Counted from the first letter of the stretch, positions 51,741 to 60,973 are shown. The stretch: 64,000 nt of DNA from Nitrospirota bacterium (GCA_040754455.1 JBFMCP010000011.1:11463-75462), one strand, 5' to 3'. Notes: generated by a model not told the origin, from the sequence alone. Made by a program: numbers and translations.

Positions 51741-51827
51741 CGCTTCTTAGATTGCCCTAACCAGCGGTACCGGGTCGAATGTACGACCGTAGTGACGATA
51801 GCCGCTGCTACAGCTACTCCCCTTTAC
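51731..51827 (-). ncRNA. yybP-ykoY (Mn2+) riboswitch, copy 2 (upstream of the NuoF-CBS gene)
   Basis: 97 nt, differing from copy 1 at 5 positions by manual alignment; same L1, L3 and P1 motifs. Confidence 0.9.
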
Positions 51828-52064
51828 AAACGCACAAACAGCAGACCAATATTCCTCTGCAGCAGTACTTTTACAAGCAACGCGATTATTGCTGGTGCAT
51901 CCTGACCGGGGCCTTATGCATCGCAGGGCTTACAGCATATGCTGCAGAAGGTTGCTGCTTAGTTCTACAGTACACGAATTCTTAAAGCGTTTTCCCTGAC
52001 CTTATCACGTCATAATAAATCCTCATAGAGATTAAAAACGTTCTACTTATGGTATTCTAGAAAT

Positions 52065-53006
52065 GTGGATATAAAGCTGAAACTGTTTTGCACTGTTGCC
52101 GAAACGAAGAGTTTCTCAAAGGCCTCCCGGATCGTTCATCTCACCCAGCCTGCCGTGAGCCTGCAGATCCAATCGCTTGAGGAATTTTTCGAGACGAAAC
52201 TCTTCGACCGATCAGAGGGAATGGTAAGCCTTACCCCTGCGGGGAAAATACTGTATAAGCACGCAAAACACCTGCTCGAACATTATGCTGAAATCGAGAA
52301 AGAGATCGGAACGCTCACCGGCATGATAAAAGGGGGTGTCGCGGTAGGCGCGAGCACCACGCTGGGGAACCATGTACTGCCCCGCGTCATCATTGATTTC
52401 AAGAAGAAACACCCCAAGATCAAATTCAGCATGCTCGTAGGCAACACAAAGCGCATTGAGGATCTCCTAATATCAGGGCTCATTGATATCGGTCTGGTTG
52501 AGGGCGAAACATCCAGGCCCACCTTGCGTATAGAGCCGATCGTGCCGGACGAGCTGATCTTGATCGTCCCCCCTGCTCACCCGTGGGCCCGGAGAAAAGT
52601 AATTCCTGTGCTCGATGTCACCAGAGAACCCATTATTCTGAGAGAAGAGGGATCAGGCACGAGGTATCAAATAGAGGAATATCTGAAATCGCACGGTATC
52701 AGCACCGGTGATATGCATGTCGCGCTGACCCTCGGGAGCACGGAATCGATAAAAGAGGCCGTTGAGGCCGGAATAGGGGTCTCGATAGTCTCAAAATGGG
52801 CGGTCAAGAAAGAGGTGGAAGACGGAAGATTGAGGACCGTCGCGCTCAGGGAAGGGAAAATCCTCAGAAACCTCTCTCTCATCACGCCCCTGAAGGCACG
52901 GCTTACGCCAGCGGTCGAGGAGTTCTCCCTTTACGTCAAATCCTACCCGTATGAGCACCTTTCTGCCGAGCCCATGCCGGCGAACCACCTCTCCCGCCAG
53001 CGCTAG
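52065..53006 (+). CDS. LysR-family transcriptional regulator (CysL/CmpR-like)
   Basis: LKLFCTVAE.KSFSKAS...LTQPAVS.QI..LE....LFDR.....LTPAG, GASTT.G, REEGSGTR, STESIK.AV.AG.GVS.VS. GTG start. Confidence 0.92.
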   Translation: MDIKLKLFCTVAETKSFSKASRIVHLTQPAVSLQIQSLEEFFETKLFDRSEGMVSLTPAGKILYKHAKHLLEHYAEIEKEIGTLTGMIKGGVAVGASTTLGNHVLPRVIIDFKKKHPKIKFSMLVGNTKRIEDLLISGLIDIGLVEGETSRPTLRIEPIVPDELILIVPPAHPWARRKVIPVLDVTREPIILREEGSGTRYQIEEYLKSHGISTGDMHVALTLGSTESIKEAVEAGIGVSIVSKWAVKKEVEDGRLRTVALREGKILRNLSLITPLKARLTPAVEEFSLYVKSYPYEHLSAEPMPANHLSRQR

Positions 53007-55111
53007 TCGATCCGCTCCACAGGCTCCTGGCTCTTGGGCTGCACCTTTTCGATCACGAACAGAAGCTGCTTTTCCTGAACGGTATCATTGAGCTTTACGC
53101 AGACCTCGACAATCTGCCCGTCGAAGGGAGCGACGATCGCATTCTCCATCTTCATTGCTTCGAGGTTGGCGATCTCCTCGCCCTTGTGGACAATATCCCC
53201 CGCCTTGATGGCACCACGTTCGGGATTCCCGATTCTCCAGATATTGCCGTTGATCGGCGCGCCGATATCGTTCGGCCCTTTGGCCATCCTGATCTCTACT
53301 CTCTTGGCCCTTGGCGTCTCGACCGTATACACCCTCGTTTTGTTGTTCACCTTCATGACGACGTGGATCAATCCATCATGCTCGGCGCCTAACGATACGA
53401 GCTCTATGCAATAGGGCTTCCCAGAAAGCTCGAATTCAACCTTGTCGCCCACCCTCTTCAGCCCCTCTCTCCAGACATTGGTCGGCAGCAGGAGCGGAGC
53501 CTCTCCATATTTCTCTCTGAAGCCGATCATCTCGAGGGCATCCTTGGGATGCATGAGGTACAGAATGAACTCCTCTTCCGTCGGCATCCGGCCGATATGC
53601 TCGGACAAGGTCTGTCTGAGCTTTTCGAGATCGTCATCTCCTACCGAATCAAGGGGGGAGACATCTTTTCGTTCCTTGATCTTTGTGTGCCATTCATCGC
53701 CGAAGGTGCTTTGATAGACCCATTCCGCAGGCCAGCCCATGGGGAGCTTTCCGTAGCCGCCGAGCAGGAGGTTCTTGAAGTCGCCCGGTGCATTTCTAAA
53801 GAGCAGCAACAGTTCTTCCTGCTCGTTTTTCTCCATAGCTTCGAACTGCTGCCCCTTCTCTTCGACGAACTTCGTGAGCAATCCGATTACATGCCGCACT
53901 CCTGCAGCGCCCTTCTCTTTATCGTAGCGGTTGATAATGCCGTTGCAAGTGACCCAGGTAATCTGAGAGCCGGGTGTTACATCAAAATATTTGATGATCC
54001 GGTTGTACAGTGACATCATCCTCAATATAGCAGGCATCAGGTGGAGAAACCCGCCGTTTGCCGCCTGTTCGAAGGAGCTGGGGAAAGCGCCGCCGGGCAT
54101 TCTGTGCTCGGTGACGGTATGGTCATAGCCTTTGAACGGCGATTCGGCCCACTCATAATGGCCTATCCAATCCCGCACCCTCTGCACTGCAGCCTCTGCG
54201 TGCGCTCTGCTGATGTTCACCTTGATGCCGGACTCCTCAAGATATGCCTGCAGACCGAGGATGGGGGCCTGGCCGTAGAATCTGGTGAGCGAATCCTCCT
54301 GCACATCGAGGATCTTGGCTCCTGCCTGCGCGGCAGCCAGGAGCGCGGGCATGGCAAGCCCGTCGGTGGAGTGTCGGTGGTACTGCACTTCGAGATCGGG
54401 ATATTTCTGTTTTATCGCATCGATAAGGCTCCTGATGCGCTGGGGGCTGCCGACACCGGCCATGTCCTTTATGCAAAGGATGATCTCGTCAACACCGCTA
54501 CAGAGATCGACCATCTCTCCGGCAACCTTGAGGTAGTACTCATTCGTTGTCCAGTCCGCCTGGGTGAAGGAGATCGCGGGCTGAAAGAGCCTGCCCCGCC
54601 GCATCACCACTTCGGCAACTGCACGCATATTCCTCACATCATTAAGGAACGAAAAGCATCGCCATACATCAATGTCCACCCTCGAAACGACATACTCGAT
54701 GACGTTCTTCGGATACGGCCGGTAGCCAAACAGGTTGGTCTCCCTGATAAGCGTCTGCAGGAGCACGTTCGGCATCAACTCGCGGAGCAGGTCGACCTCC
54801 TCGAAGGGGGTCTCCCTCCTGTTCATCACGCCGACATGCCAGCGCGCGCCGCCGTGGCACTCTGCACTGAAGAGCCCCATTTCATTATAGAAGGGAGCGA
54901 GCGTCTTCAGGTCGTAAATCCGGTGGCGGTTTTTATAGTCCGACTGTCCTGCATCACGCATGCCGGTAGACGTCAGAAAAACGCCGGGCGTGGAACGCAC
55001 GGTCTTCACGATATCACGCGGCGACATACCGGGCCTGATGAGGACAGATCCCGTATCGGTGGTATCGGGCATCTGGCTTCCGTTTTCTGTCTTTCGGATA
55101 TTTACATCCAT
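53003..55111 (-). CDS. Biotin-dependent 2-oxoacid carboxylase, carboxyltransferase plus biotin-carrier subunit (PycB/OadA-like, divergent)
   Basis: RDAGQS, LLQTLIR..N.FGY.PYP, IKDMAG, HRH, H.MPGG, VTPGSQ; C-terminal EAMKM biotinylation motif. Confidence 0.85.
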   Translation of the reverse strand: MDVNIRKTENGSQMPDTTDTGSVLIRPGMSPRDIVKTVRSTPGVFLTSTGMRDAGQSDYKNRHRIYDLKTLAPFYNEMGLFSAECHGGARWHVGVMNRRETPFEEVDLLRELMPNVLLQTLIRETNLFGYRPYPKNVIEYVVSRVDIDVWRCFSFLNDVRNMRAVAEVVMRRGRLFQPAISFTQADWTTNEYYLKVAGEMVDLCSGVDEIILCIKDMAGVGSPQRIRSLIDAIKQKYPDLEVQYHRHSTDGLAMPALLAAAQAGAKILDVQEDSLTRFYGQAPILGLQAYLEESGIKVNISRAHAEAAVQRVRDWIGHYEWAESPFKGYDHTVTEHRMPGGAFPSSFEQAANGGFLHLMPAILRMMSLYNRIIKYFDVTPGSQITWVTCNGIINRYDKEKGAAGVRHVIGLLTKFVEEKGQQFEAMEKNEQEELLLLFRNAPGDFKNLLLGGYGKLPMGWPAEWVYQSTFGDEWHTKIKERKDVSPLDSVGDDDLEKLRQTLSEHIGRMPTEEEFILYLMHPKDALEMIGFREKYGEAPLLLPTNVWREGLKRVGDKVEFELSGKPYCIELVSLGAEHDGLIHVVMKVNNKTRVYTVETPRAKRVEIRMAKGPNDIGAPINGNIWRIGNPERGAIKAGDIVHKGEEIANLEAMKMENAIVAPFDGQIVEVCVKLNDTVQEKQLLFVIEKVQPKSQEPVERID

Positions 55112-56559
55112 TTCTGCGGCCCCAGCGCGGAGATTTCCGCTACATATTTTGCGATCTTCAGCGCCTCATCCTCGCTGCTCTCTTCCTTGAACATAGAGAT
55201 GAGCTCGTCCATGTGCTCTTCTATGAAGCGGGTCGAAAACTCCCCTGCAATAAAGGCAGGATGTCTGATGATGCTCAGCAGCAGCGGTGCAAGCGTCTTT
55301 ATTCCCTCAACCCTGAGATTTCTGCCCAGGGCGCGGTCCATCGTCCTCACCGCATCTTCCCTATCAGCCCCTGCGGTCATCAGCAGCATAAAGAGCGAAT
55401 CATAATAAGGAGGAATATCCGCCCCTTCGTAGACGCCTGAGGCTATCCTCACGCCGGGGCCATGTGGTATCTGGAGGCGGGTAATCGTGCCGAACGAGGG
55501 GCTGAAGGTCTTGGGATCCTCTGCATTCAACCTGACCTCAAGCGACCAGCGGTTCGGAACGATCTCATCCTGGGTAAACGGCAATCTCTTTCCCGAAGCG
55601 ACGTCGATCATGATGCCGACGATATCGAGGCCGGTAATGAGCTCCGTCGTGCCATGCTCGACCTGCAGGCGGGTATTCACTTCGAGGAAATAGAATTTCT
55701 TTTTCGGTGCATCGAAAATAAACTCCACCGTACCGGCCGTCGTATAGCCAATCTCCCTCATCAGGCGGACAGCCGTAAAGCATATTTCCTGGCGGAGATT
55801 GTTGTCGAGCGAGGGCGACGGCGCCTCCTCGATGATTTTCTGATTGCGCCGTTGGAGTGTGCACTCCCTTTCAAAGAGATGGACCACATTGCCGTGCTCA
55901 TCGGCGACGATCTGCACCTCGATATGCCTGCCACGCTCAATGTATTTTTCGACGAGAATCTTCTCGTCACCGAAGGCCTTCTTCGCCTCGGAGCGGGCCT
56001 GTGCAAAGGCCTGCGTGATATCCGCCTCGTTTTCGACCTTTACCATTCCCTTGCCGCCGCCCCCTGCAGCAGCCTTTATCATAATGGGGAAATCCACCTT
56101 CTCCTGCTTCATCCATTTCTTGATCTGCTCAGGTTCGGTGACATCACTGATACCTGGAATCGTCGGCACATTGGCCCTTTTCGCAATGACCTTTGCCTCT
56201 ATTTTATCTCCCATCATCCTGATCACTTCAGGAGAAGGGCCGATCCAGATCAGCCCGGCATCGATCACCCGTTGCGCGAAATCCTCGTTCTCCGCAAGGA
56301 ACCCCCATCCCGGGTGCACTGCGTTTGATTTGCTCTTCAGCGCAGCATCGATGATCCGGTCCATATTGAGGTATGACTCGGCGGGAGGCGCTTCACCGAT
56401 ATGGACGGCGGAGTCGGCCATGAAGACATGGTGGGCAAGCCGGTCGGGAGTGCTGTAGACTGCAGTGGTGGGAATCCTCCGGTCCCGGCAGGTGTGCATG
56501 ATCCTGACGGCGGGAACACCCCTGTTCGCGACTAATACTTTCTCAATTTTTCTTTCCAT
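55102..56559 (-). CDS. Biotin carboxylase subunit (PycA/AccC-like)
   Basis: KVLVANRG, HPGWGFLAEN, IKAAAGGGGKGM, RHIEVQ, ERECTLQRRNQKIIEEAPS, FLEVNTRLQVEH, YYDS. Confidence 0.92.
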   Translation of the reverse strand: MERKIEKVLVANRGVPAVRIMHTCRDRRIPTTAVYSTPDRLAHHVFMADSAVHIGEAPPAESYLNMDRIIDAALKSKSNAVHPGWGFLAENEDFAQRVIDAGLIWIGPSPEVIRMMGDKIEAKVIAKRANVPTIPGISDVTEPEQIKKWMKQEKVDFPIMIKAAAGGGGKGMVKVENEADITQAFAQARSEAKKAFGDEKILVEKYIERGRHIEVQIVADEHGNVVHLFERECTLQRRNQKIIEEAPSPSLDNNLRQEICFTAVRLMREIGYTTAGTVEFIFDAPKKKFYFLEVNTRLQVEHGTTELITGLDIVGIMIDVASGKRLPFTQDEIVPNRWSLEVRLNAEDPKTFSPSFGTITRLQIPHGPGVRIASGVYEGADIPPYYDSLFMLLMTAGADREDAVRTMDRALGRNLRVEGIKTLAPLLLSIIRHPAFIAGEFSTRFIEEHMDELISMFKEESSEDEALKIAKYVAEISALGPQKWM

Positions 56560-56565
56560 ACGGCG

Positions 56566-57057
56566 TTACTTCCCTTTGAGTTTTGCTGATTTTTCGAGGA
56601 GCTTTTCCCTCGTTTTTTCCCTGGAAGCTTCCAGCCGTTGTGCTATCTCAGGGTATTTTATTGAAAGGATGGAGCATGCCAGGTAGGCGGCATTCTTTGC
56701 GCCATCGATTGCTACCGTAGCAACGGGAATTCCGGGCGGCATCTGCACGGTGGAATACAATGCATCGACACCGTTGAGCGCACCTGATTTAAGCGGAACT
56801 CCAATGACAGGCAGGGTTGTATGCGAGGCGATTACACCTGCAAGATGAGCTGCCATACCTGCGCCGGCAATCAATACCTCAATGCCGCGATCACGGGCAG
56901 TCTTCGCATAATCCGCCGTCTTTTCCGGCAAGCGGTGCGCAGAGCTAATATCGATCTCATAGGGGATGTCCAGCTCCGCCAGGACCTCGGCAGCCTTTTC
57001 CATGACGGGGAGATCACTATCGCTCCCCATGAGAATTCCCACTAATGGCTTTTTCAT
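56566..57057 (-). CDS. purE: N5-CAIR mutase / AIR carboxylase
   Basis: [49 protein letters not shown]. Confidence 0.95.
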   Translation of the reverse strand: MKKPLVGILMGSDSDLPVMEKAAEVLAELDIPYEIDISSAHRLPEKTADYAKTARDRGIEVLIAGAGMAAHLAGVIASHTTLPVIGVPLKSGALNGVDALYSTVQMPPGIPVATVAIDGAKNAAYLACSILSIKYPEIAQRLEASREKTREKLLEKSAKLKGK

Positions 57058-57240
57058 TGAACTCCTCCTTGCTGCCCATTCCAGGGGTTTTCAGCCCTTT
57101 CAAAGACGCCGTATTTTTAAGTCAGGGATTTTACCAGAATTGAACCGTTTATAGCTATAAAAAAATCGAAAAGGAATCATTATAATCACCTAATGAATCC
57201 CTACCATGCTGCTGAACAGTACCGCTTCCGCGCAGAATAC

Positions 57241-57280
57241 AAAAAAGGCTGAAGATGTGATCGATCATCTTCAGCCTTTT
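57241..57280 (-). terminator. Intrinsic terminator after htpX
   Basis: AAAAGGCTGAAGATG...CATCTTCAGCCTTTT inverted repeat flanked by A/T runs. Confidence 0.8.
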
Positions 57281-57300
57281 CCCTTTCATGGTTTATAGTC

Positions 57301-58149
57301 TTATCTTTTGTACATCATTGCCTCGAGCCGGGCTATTCTCTCCTCCATCGGCGGATGGGTGCTGAAGAGCTTCACCAGCGCACCGCCCGAAAGGGGATTA
57401 ACAATAAACATGTGCGACGTTGCCGGGTTGGCATCCATGGGGATCCTCTGCGATGCCATATGCAGTTTCTTGAGCGCATTGGCGAGCGACAGAGGGTTGC
57501 CCGCAATCCTGGCACCCCCGGCATCGGCCCCGTATTCGCGCGAACGCGATATCGCCATCTGCACGAGCATCGCTGCGATCGGCCCGACGATCATCATGAC
57601 GATAGCGGCGATGGGATTGCCTCCTTCGTCATCGTCATGCCTTGCGCCGCCGAAGATCATCGCCCACTGCGCCATCTGCGCGAGATAGCTGATCGCACCG
57701 GCAATGGCAGCCGCCACCGTGCTCACCAGAATATCGCGGTGCTTGATATGGGCTAGCTCATGCGCCAGTACTCCCTCGAGCTCCTCCCGTGAAAGAATCC
57801 TCATAATACCGGATGTTACTGCAACGGCACCATGCTGGGGATTCCGTCCGGTCGCGAAGGCATTCGGCTGGTCCTCTTCAATAATATACACTCGGGGCAT
57901 CGGAAGCTCTGCGCGGTGGGCCAGTCTTCTCACCATTCCGAACAATTCGGGGGCCTCTGATTCGCTAACCTCTTTTGCCCTGTACATTCTCAGCACGATC
58001 TTGTCGCTGAACCAATAGGTGATAAAGTTCATACCGAAGGCCATGATAAGCGCAAAGGTCATTCCAGATTTGCCGCCGATCACACCCCCGATCGCTACCA
58101 GCATCAACGTCAAAGTAACCATCAGCACCATTGTCTTCAATCCGTTCAT
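57301..58149 (-). CDS. htpX: Membrane zinc metalloprotease HtpX
   Basis: [29 protein letters not shown] (HExxH), [22 protein letters not shown]. Confidence 0.95.
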   Translation of the reverse strand: MNGLKTMVLMVTLTLMLVAIGGVIGGKSGMTFALIMAFGMNFITYWFSDKIVLRMYRAKEVSESEAPELFGMVRRLAHRAELPMPRVYIIEEDQPNAFATGRNPQHGAVAVTSGIMRILSREELEGVLAHELAHIKHRDILVSTVAAAIAGAISYLAQMAQWAMIFGGARHDDDEGGNPIAAIVMMIVGPIAAMLVQMAISRSREYGADAGGARIAGNPLSLANALKKLHMASQRIPMDANPATSHMFIVNPLSGGALVKLFSTHPPMEERIARLEAMMYKR

Positions 58150-58226
58150 TTTTCGAACCTCCTCAATCCTATGAGCAGTTGGTTATGTTCATAAGAGCTT
58201 ATATAGTTTAAGTATACAATTTCCAT

Positions 58227-58284
58227 AAAAAAACCTTTACCTCGATCAATACTTATCATATAAATATTCATCGTGGTAAAGGTC
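58227..58284 (-). terminator. Riboswitch-3 expression-platform terminator
   Basis: ACCTTTACCACGAT ... ATCGAGGTAAAGGT-TTTTTT. Confidence 0.8.
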
Positions 58285-58371
58285 TCGCCTGTTAGTTGCG
58301 TTACTAACCAGTAGTACCGGGCCCCATCGGCCGTGCTGACGACAGCTACTGACTCAGCTACTCCCCTCTAC
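58276..58371 (-). ncRNA. yybP-ykoY (Mn2+) riboswitch, copy 3 (upstream of htpX)
   Basis: GUAGAGGGGAGUAGC...GUCGUCAGCACGG...CCGG...GGCGAGACCUUUAC; stems diverge from copies 1 and 2 but retain pairing. Confidence 0.88.
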
Positions 58372-58380
58372 GTATATTTC

Positions 58381-58410
58381 AATGTAACTGATAGGGGGAC
58401 CGACTGTCAA
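58381..58410 (-). promoter_or_regulatory. Putative sigma-70 promoter for riboswitch 3 / htpX
   Basis: TTGACA-N18-TACATT ending about 9 nt before the aptamer. Confidence 0.6.
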
Positions 58411-58540
58411 GTATTTATTTTAAAAAGGAAAAGCAGCTCAACAGGGCTTTATTGCACAACAGAAATGAGATAGAATGTCTATAAAGAAGATCATACCTAC
58501 CGTTTTGAACAGACAGAGAGGAATTAACAGAGGAGGCATT

Positions 58541-59107
58541 ATGGAATACTGGATCGACGATGCCGATGTTGCATTACTAAGAAAAGCAGGAGTTGCCGCA
58601 AGCGATATCCAGCATTGTATCAAAGTGGCGGAAAAGGCCCTCGAGATCGCCCGGAGGACAGGGGTGAGCCTCGACATGGAACTGATCGGCAGGGGCGCGC
58701 TCTTCCACGATCTCGGCAAGGCGCAAACGCACGAGATAACGCACGGGATGATCGGTGCAGAGATCGGCGAGGATCTGGGACTGCCGAAACAGATCACCGA
58801 TGTTATGGAGAAACACATCAGAGGCGGACTTACTGAAGAGGAAGCGCTCGAGCTCGGATTGCCGGTGAAGGACTACCGGCTCAAGGAACTTGAGGAGAGG
58901 GTCATCATCTATGCCGACCGACTCGTCGATATCATCACCGACGGCATAGTCGATATCGGCGGTGATGAGCTTGAGGCTGAGAGGAGATTCGAAGAGATAC
59001 TCAGAAATTATCCGAAATACGGCAAGAATGAAAAAACGCTCGACCGGTACCTCGGCTATCACCGAGAGATTCAGGAGCTCATTAATAAGGCTAAGGGTGA
59101 GGCATAG
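58541..59107 (+). CDS. HD-domain (HDIG) phosphohydrolase, TIGR00295-like
   Basis: HC..VA...GALFHDLGK...HG..GA...EKHI.GG...A..LGLP..DY......EE.VIIYAD. ATG after GGAGG. Confidence 0.85.
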   Translation: MEYWIDDADVALLRKAGVAASDIQHCIKVAEKALEIARRTGVSLDMELIGRGALFHDLGKAQTHEITHGMIGAEIGEDLGLPKQITDVMEKHIRGGLTEEEALELGLPVKDYRLKELEERVIIYADRLVDIITDGIVDIGGDELEAERRFEEILRNYPKYGKNEKTLDRYLGYHREIQELINKAKGEA

Positions 59108-59151
59108 GCTAAGGAGGCCGTGCCTCCTATGACCACCTTAACAATTAATTT

Positions 59152-60324
59152 ATGAGATACAGTCCCTTCATGCTTTTGTGCATCACCGGTCTCTTTGCGA
59201 TATTCAGCTCTACCATTTCGAAGAGCCCAGTGCTGCCGCTCTTTGCCGCACACCTCGGAGCTGATCCTTCGGGCGTAGGAGCTGTTGCTGCGGTGTCTGC
59301 CTTCACGGGAATCATCGCGAGCATCCCTGCCGGGATACTCTCCGACCGTTGGGGGCGAAGACGGATGCTCCTTATAGCAGCACTCGTCTTTTCTACAGCT
59401 CCTTTCCTCTATTTGTTCGTGACACACATCTGGCAGCTCGCAATCATCAGACTCTATCATGGCCTTGCAACCGCCGTCTTCGTGCCAGTAGGGACCGCCA
59501 TGGTCGCCGACATCTTCCACAGAGAGCGGGGCGAGAAGATCGGCTGGTTTTCGACGGCAACGCTTCTGGGAAGATTTATGGCGCCGATTGTCGGAGGCAG
59601 CATCATCGGCATGTTCGCATTGCACCCCGCCGCGGGGTACAGAACAGTCTATCTTGTATGCGGTGCAGCAGGCGTACTGGTCCTGCTTCTTGCACTGTGC
59701 ACTCCACCTCCTCCAAAGACAACAGTACAACGCCCGGACTGGAAAACAACCATGCGCGCCTTCAAAGAGGTAATCGCCCATAGGGGCATCATTGTCACTA
59801 GTTCGGTAGAAGCGGCCATACTCTTCTCCTATGGAACATTCGAGACCTTTCTTCCCCTCTATGCAGTCGAAACCGGGCTGAGCGCCTACGAAGTAGGCAT
59901 ATTCCTTTCCTCTCAGGTCATCACCCTGGCATTGACCAAACCGGTGATGGGAAGATTTTCGGACAGGCACGGCAGGCAGCCGCAGATCACTGCAGGCGCA
60001 CTTATCGGCGCTGTCTGCATCGGGAGCTTTTCCCTCTTCAGTTCCTTTGTGCCCCTTCTCTGCCTCAGCATTCTTTTCGGCCTCAGCCTTTCGATCGTCA
60101 CCTCCGCAACCTCCGCATTGATCGCCGACCTGAGCAGGCAGGAGGGGCGCGGTGCGGCAATGGGGATACTGGGTTCGGTCATGGACATCGGACATACGAC
60201 GGGCCCGCTCGTCTCCGGCATCATCGCAGCACAGTTCGGCTTCGGTCGTTCCTTTATTGCTGCCGCAGTGCTGCTCGTCGGCGTCGCGCTCATCTTTCGC
60301 GCCCTTGTTGCCGCGACGCGTTGA
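59152..60324 (+). CDS. MFS transporter
   Basis: About 12 hydrophobic segments; motif A GILSDRWGRR and GRFSDRHGR. Confidence 0.92.
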   Translation: MRYSPFMLLCITGLFAIFSSTISKSPVLPLFAAHLGADPSGVGAVAAVSAFTGIIASIPAGILSDRWGRRRMLLIAALVFSTAPFLYLFVTHIWQLAIIRLYHGLATAVFVPVGTAMVADIFHRERGEKIGWFSTATLLGRFMAPIVGGSIIGMFALHPAAGYRTVYLVCGAAGVLVLLLALCTPPPPKTTVQRPDWKTTMRAFKEVIAHRGIIVTSSVEAAILFSYGTFETFLPLYAVETGLSAYEVGIFLSSQVITLALTKPVMGRFSDRHGRQPQITAGALIGAVCIGSFSLFSSFVPLLCLSILFGLSLSIVTSATSALIADLSRQEGRGAAMGILGSVMDIGHTTGPLVSGIIAAQFGFGRSFIAAAVLLVGVALIFRALVAATR

Positions 60325-60366
60325 CTTTTCCCTCTGCCCTGATATCATTTTGGTAGAGGAGGACGC

Positions 60367-60918
60367 ATGGAGCACACAACGAGCACGCATTACAAGGCGC
60401 TGCATTTCGCCGCTGCAATCTTTGTCTTCTTTCTTATAGCGACCGCTCTCAGCAAGGAGGATAGCGCAATGGCTGAGCTAAAACTATCAAGCCCGGTGTT
60501 CAAGGACAACAGCCCTATTCCGTCGAAATACACCTGCGACGGCAACGACGTCAACCCCCCGCTCGTCATAGAAAATGTGCCGTCCAATGCAAAGTCCCTG
60601 GTCCTGATCGTCGATGATCCTGATGCCCCCATGGGCACCTGGGTGCACTGGGTGGTTTGGAACATCGAACCAAAGACAAAGGAGATCAAAGAGCATTCCC
60701 TGCCGAAAGGGGCCATTCAGGGCATCAATGATTTCAAAAAACATGATTACGGCGGCCCCTGCCCGCCGTCAGGGACGCACCGCTACTTCTTCAAGCTCTA
60801 TGCGCTGGACGCGACCCTGAACCTTCCCTCCAGTGCAAGGAAAGCTGATGTCGAGAAGGCGATGAAAGGCCATATCATCTCGCAGGGCCAGCTGGTGGGG
60901 CTGTACAGCAAGAAGTAA
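60367..60918 (+). CDS. YbhB/YbcL family (PEBP / Raf kinase inhibitor-like) protein
   Basis: IPSKYTCDG..VNPPL, LIVDDPDAP.GTWVHWVVWNI, YGGPCPPSGTHRYFFKLYALD. Alternative start at 60469. Confidence 0.92.
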   Translation: MEHTTSTHYKALHFAAAIFVFFLIATALSKEDSAMAELKLSSPVFKDNSPIPSKYTCDGNDVNPPLVIENVPSNAKSLVLIVDDPDAPMGTWVHWVVWNIEPKTKEIKEHSLPKGAIQGINDFKKHDYGGPCPPSGTHRYFFKLYALDATLNLPSSARKADVEKAMKGHIISQGQLVGLYSKK

Positions 60919-60919
60919 G

Positions 60920-60955
60920 AAAAAATCCCTGCAGGTTGCCTGCAGGGATTTTTTT
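60920..60955. terminator. Bidirectional intrinsic terminator between convergent genes
   Basis: AAAAAATCCCTGCAGG-TTG-CCTGCAGGGATTTTTT. Confidence 0.85.
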
Positions 60956-60973
60956 CATACTTCGAAATAACAA

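Noticed and set aside
48994..58371. The three repeated ~100-nt segments as IS ends, MITEs or CRISPR repeats
   Set aside because: No transposase, target duplication or spacer array; motifs and positions fit yybP-ykoY riboswitches.
59071..60405. 444-aa minus-strand ORF
   Set aside because: Antisense shadow of the MFS transporter with no recognisable motifs.
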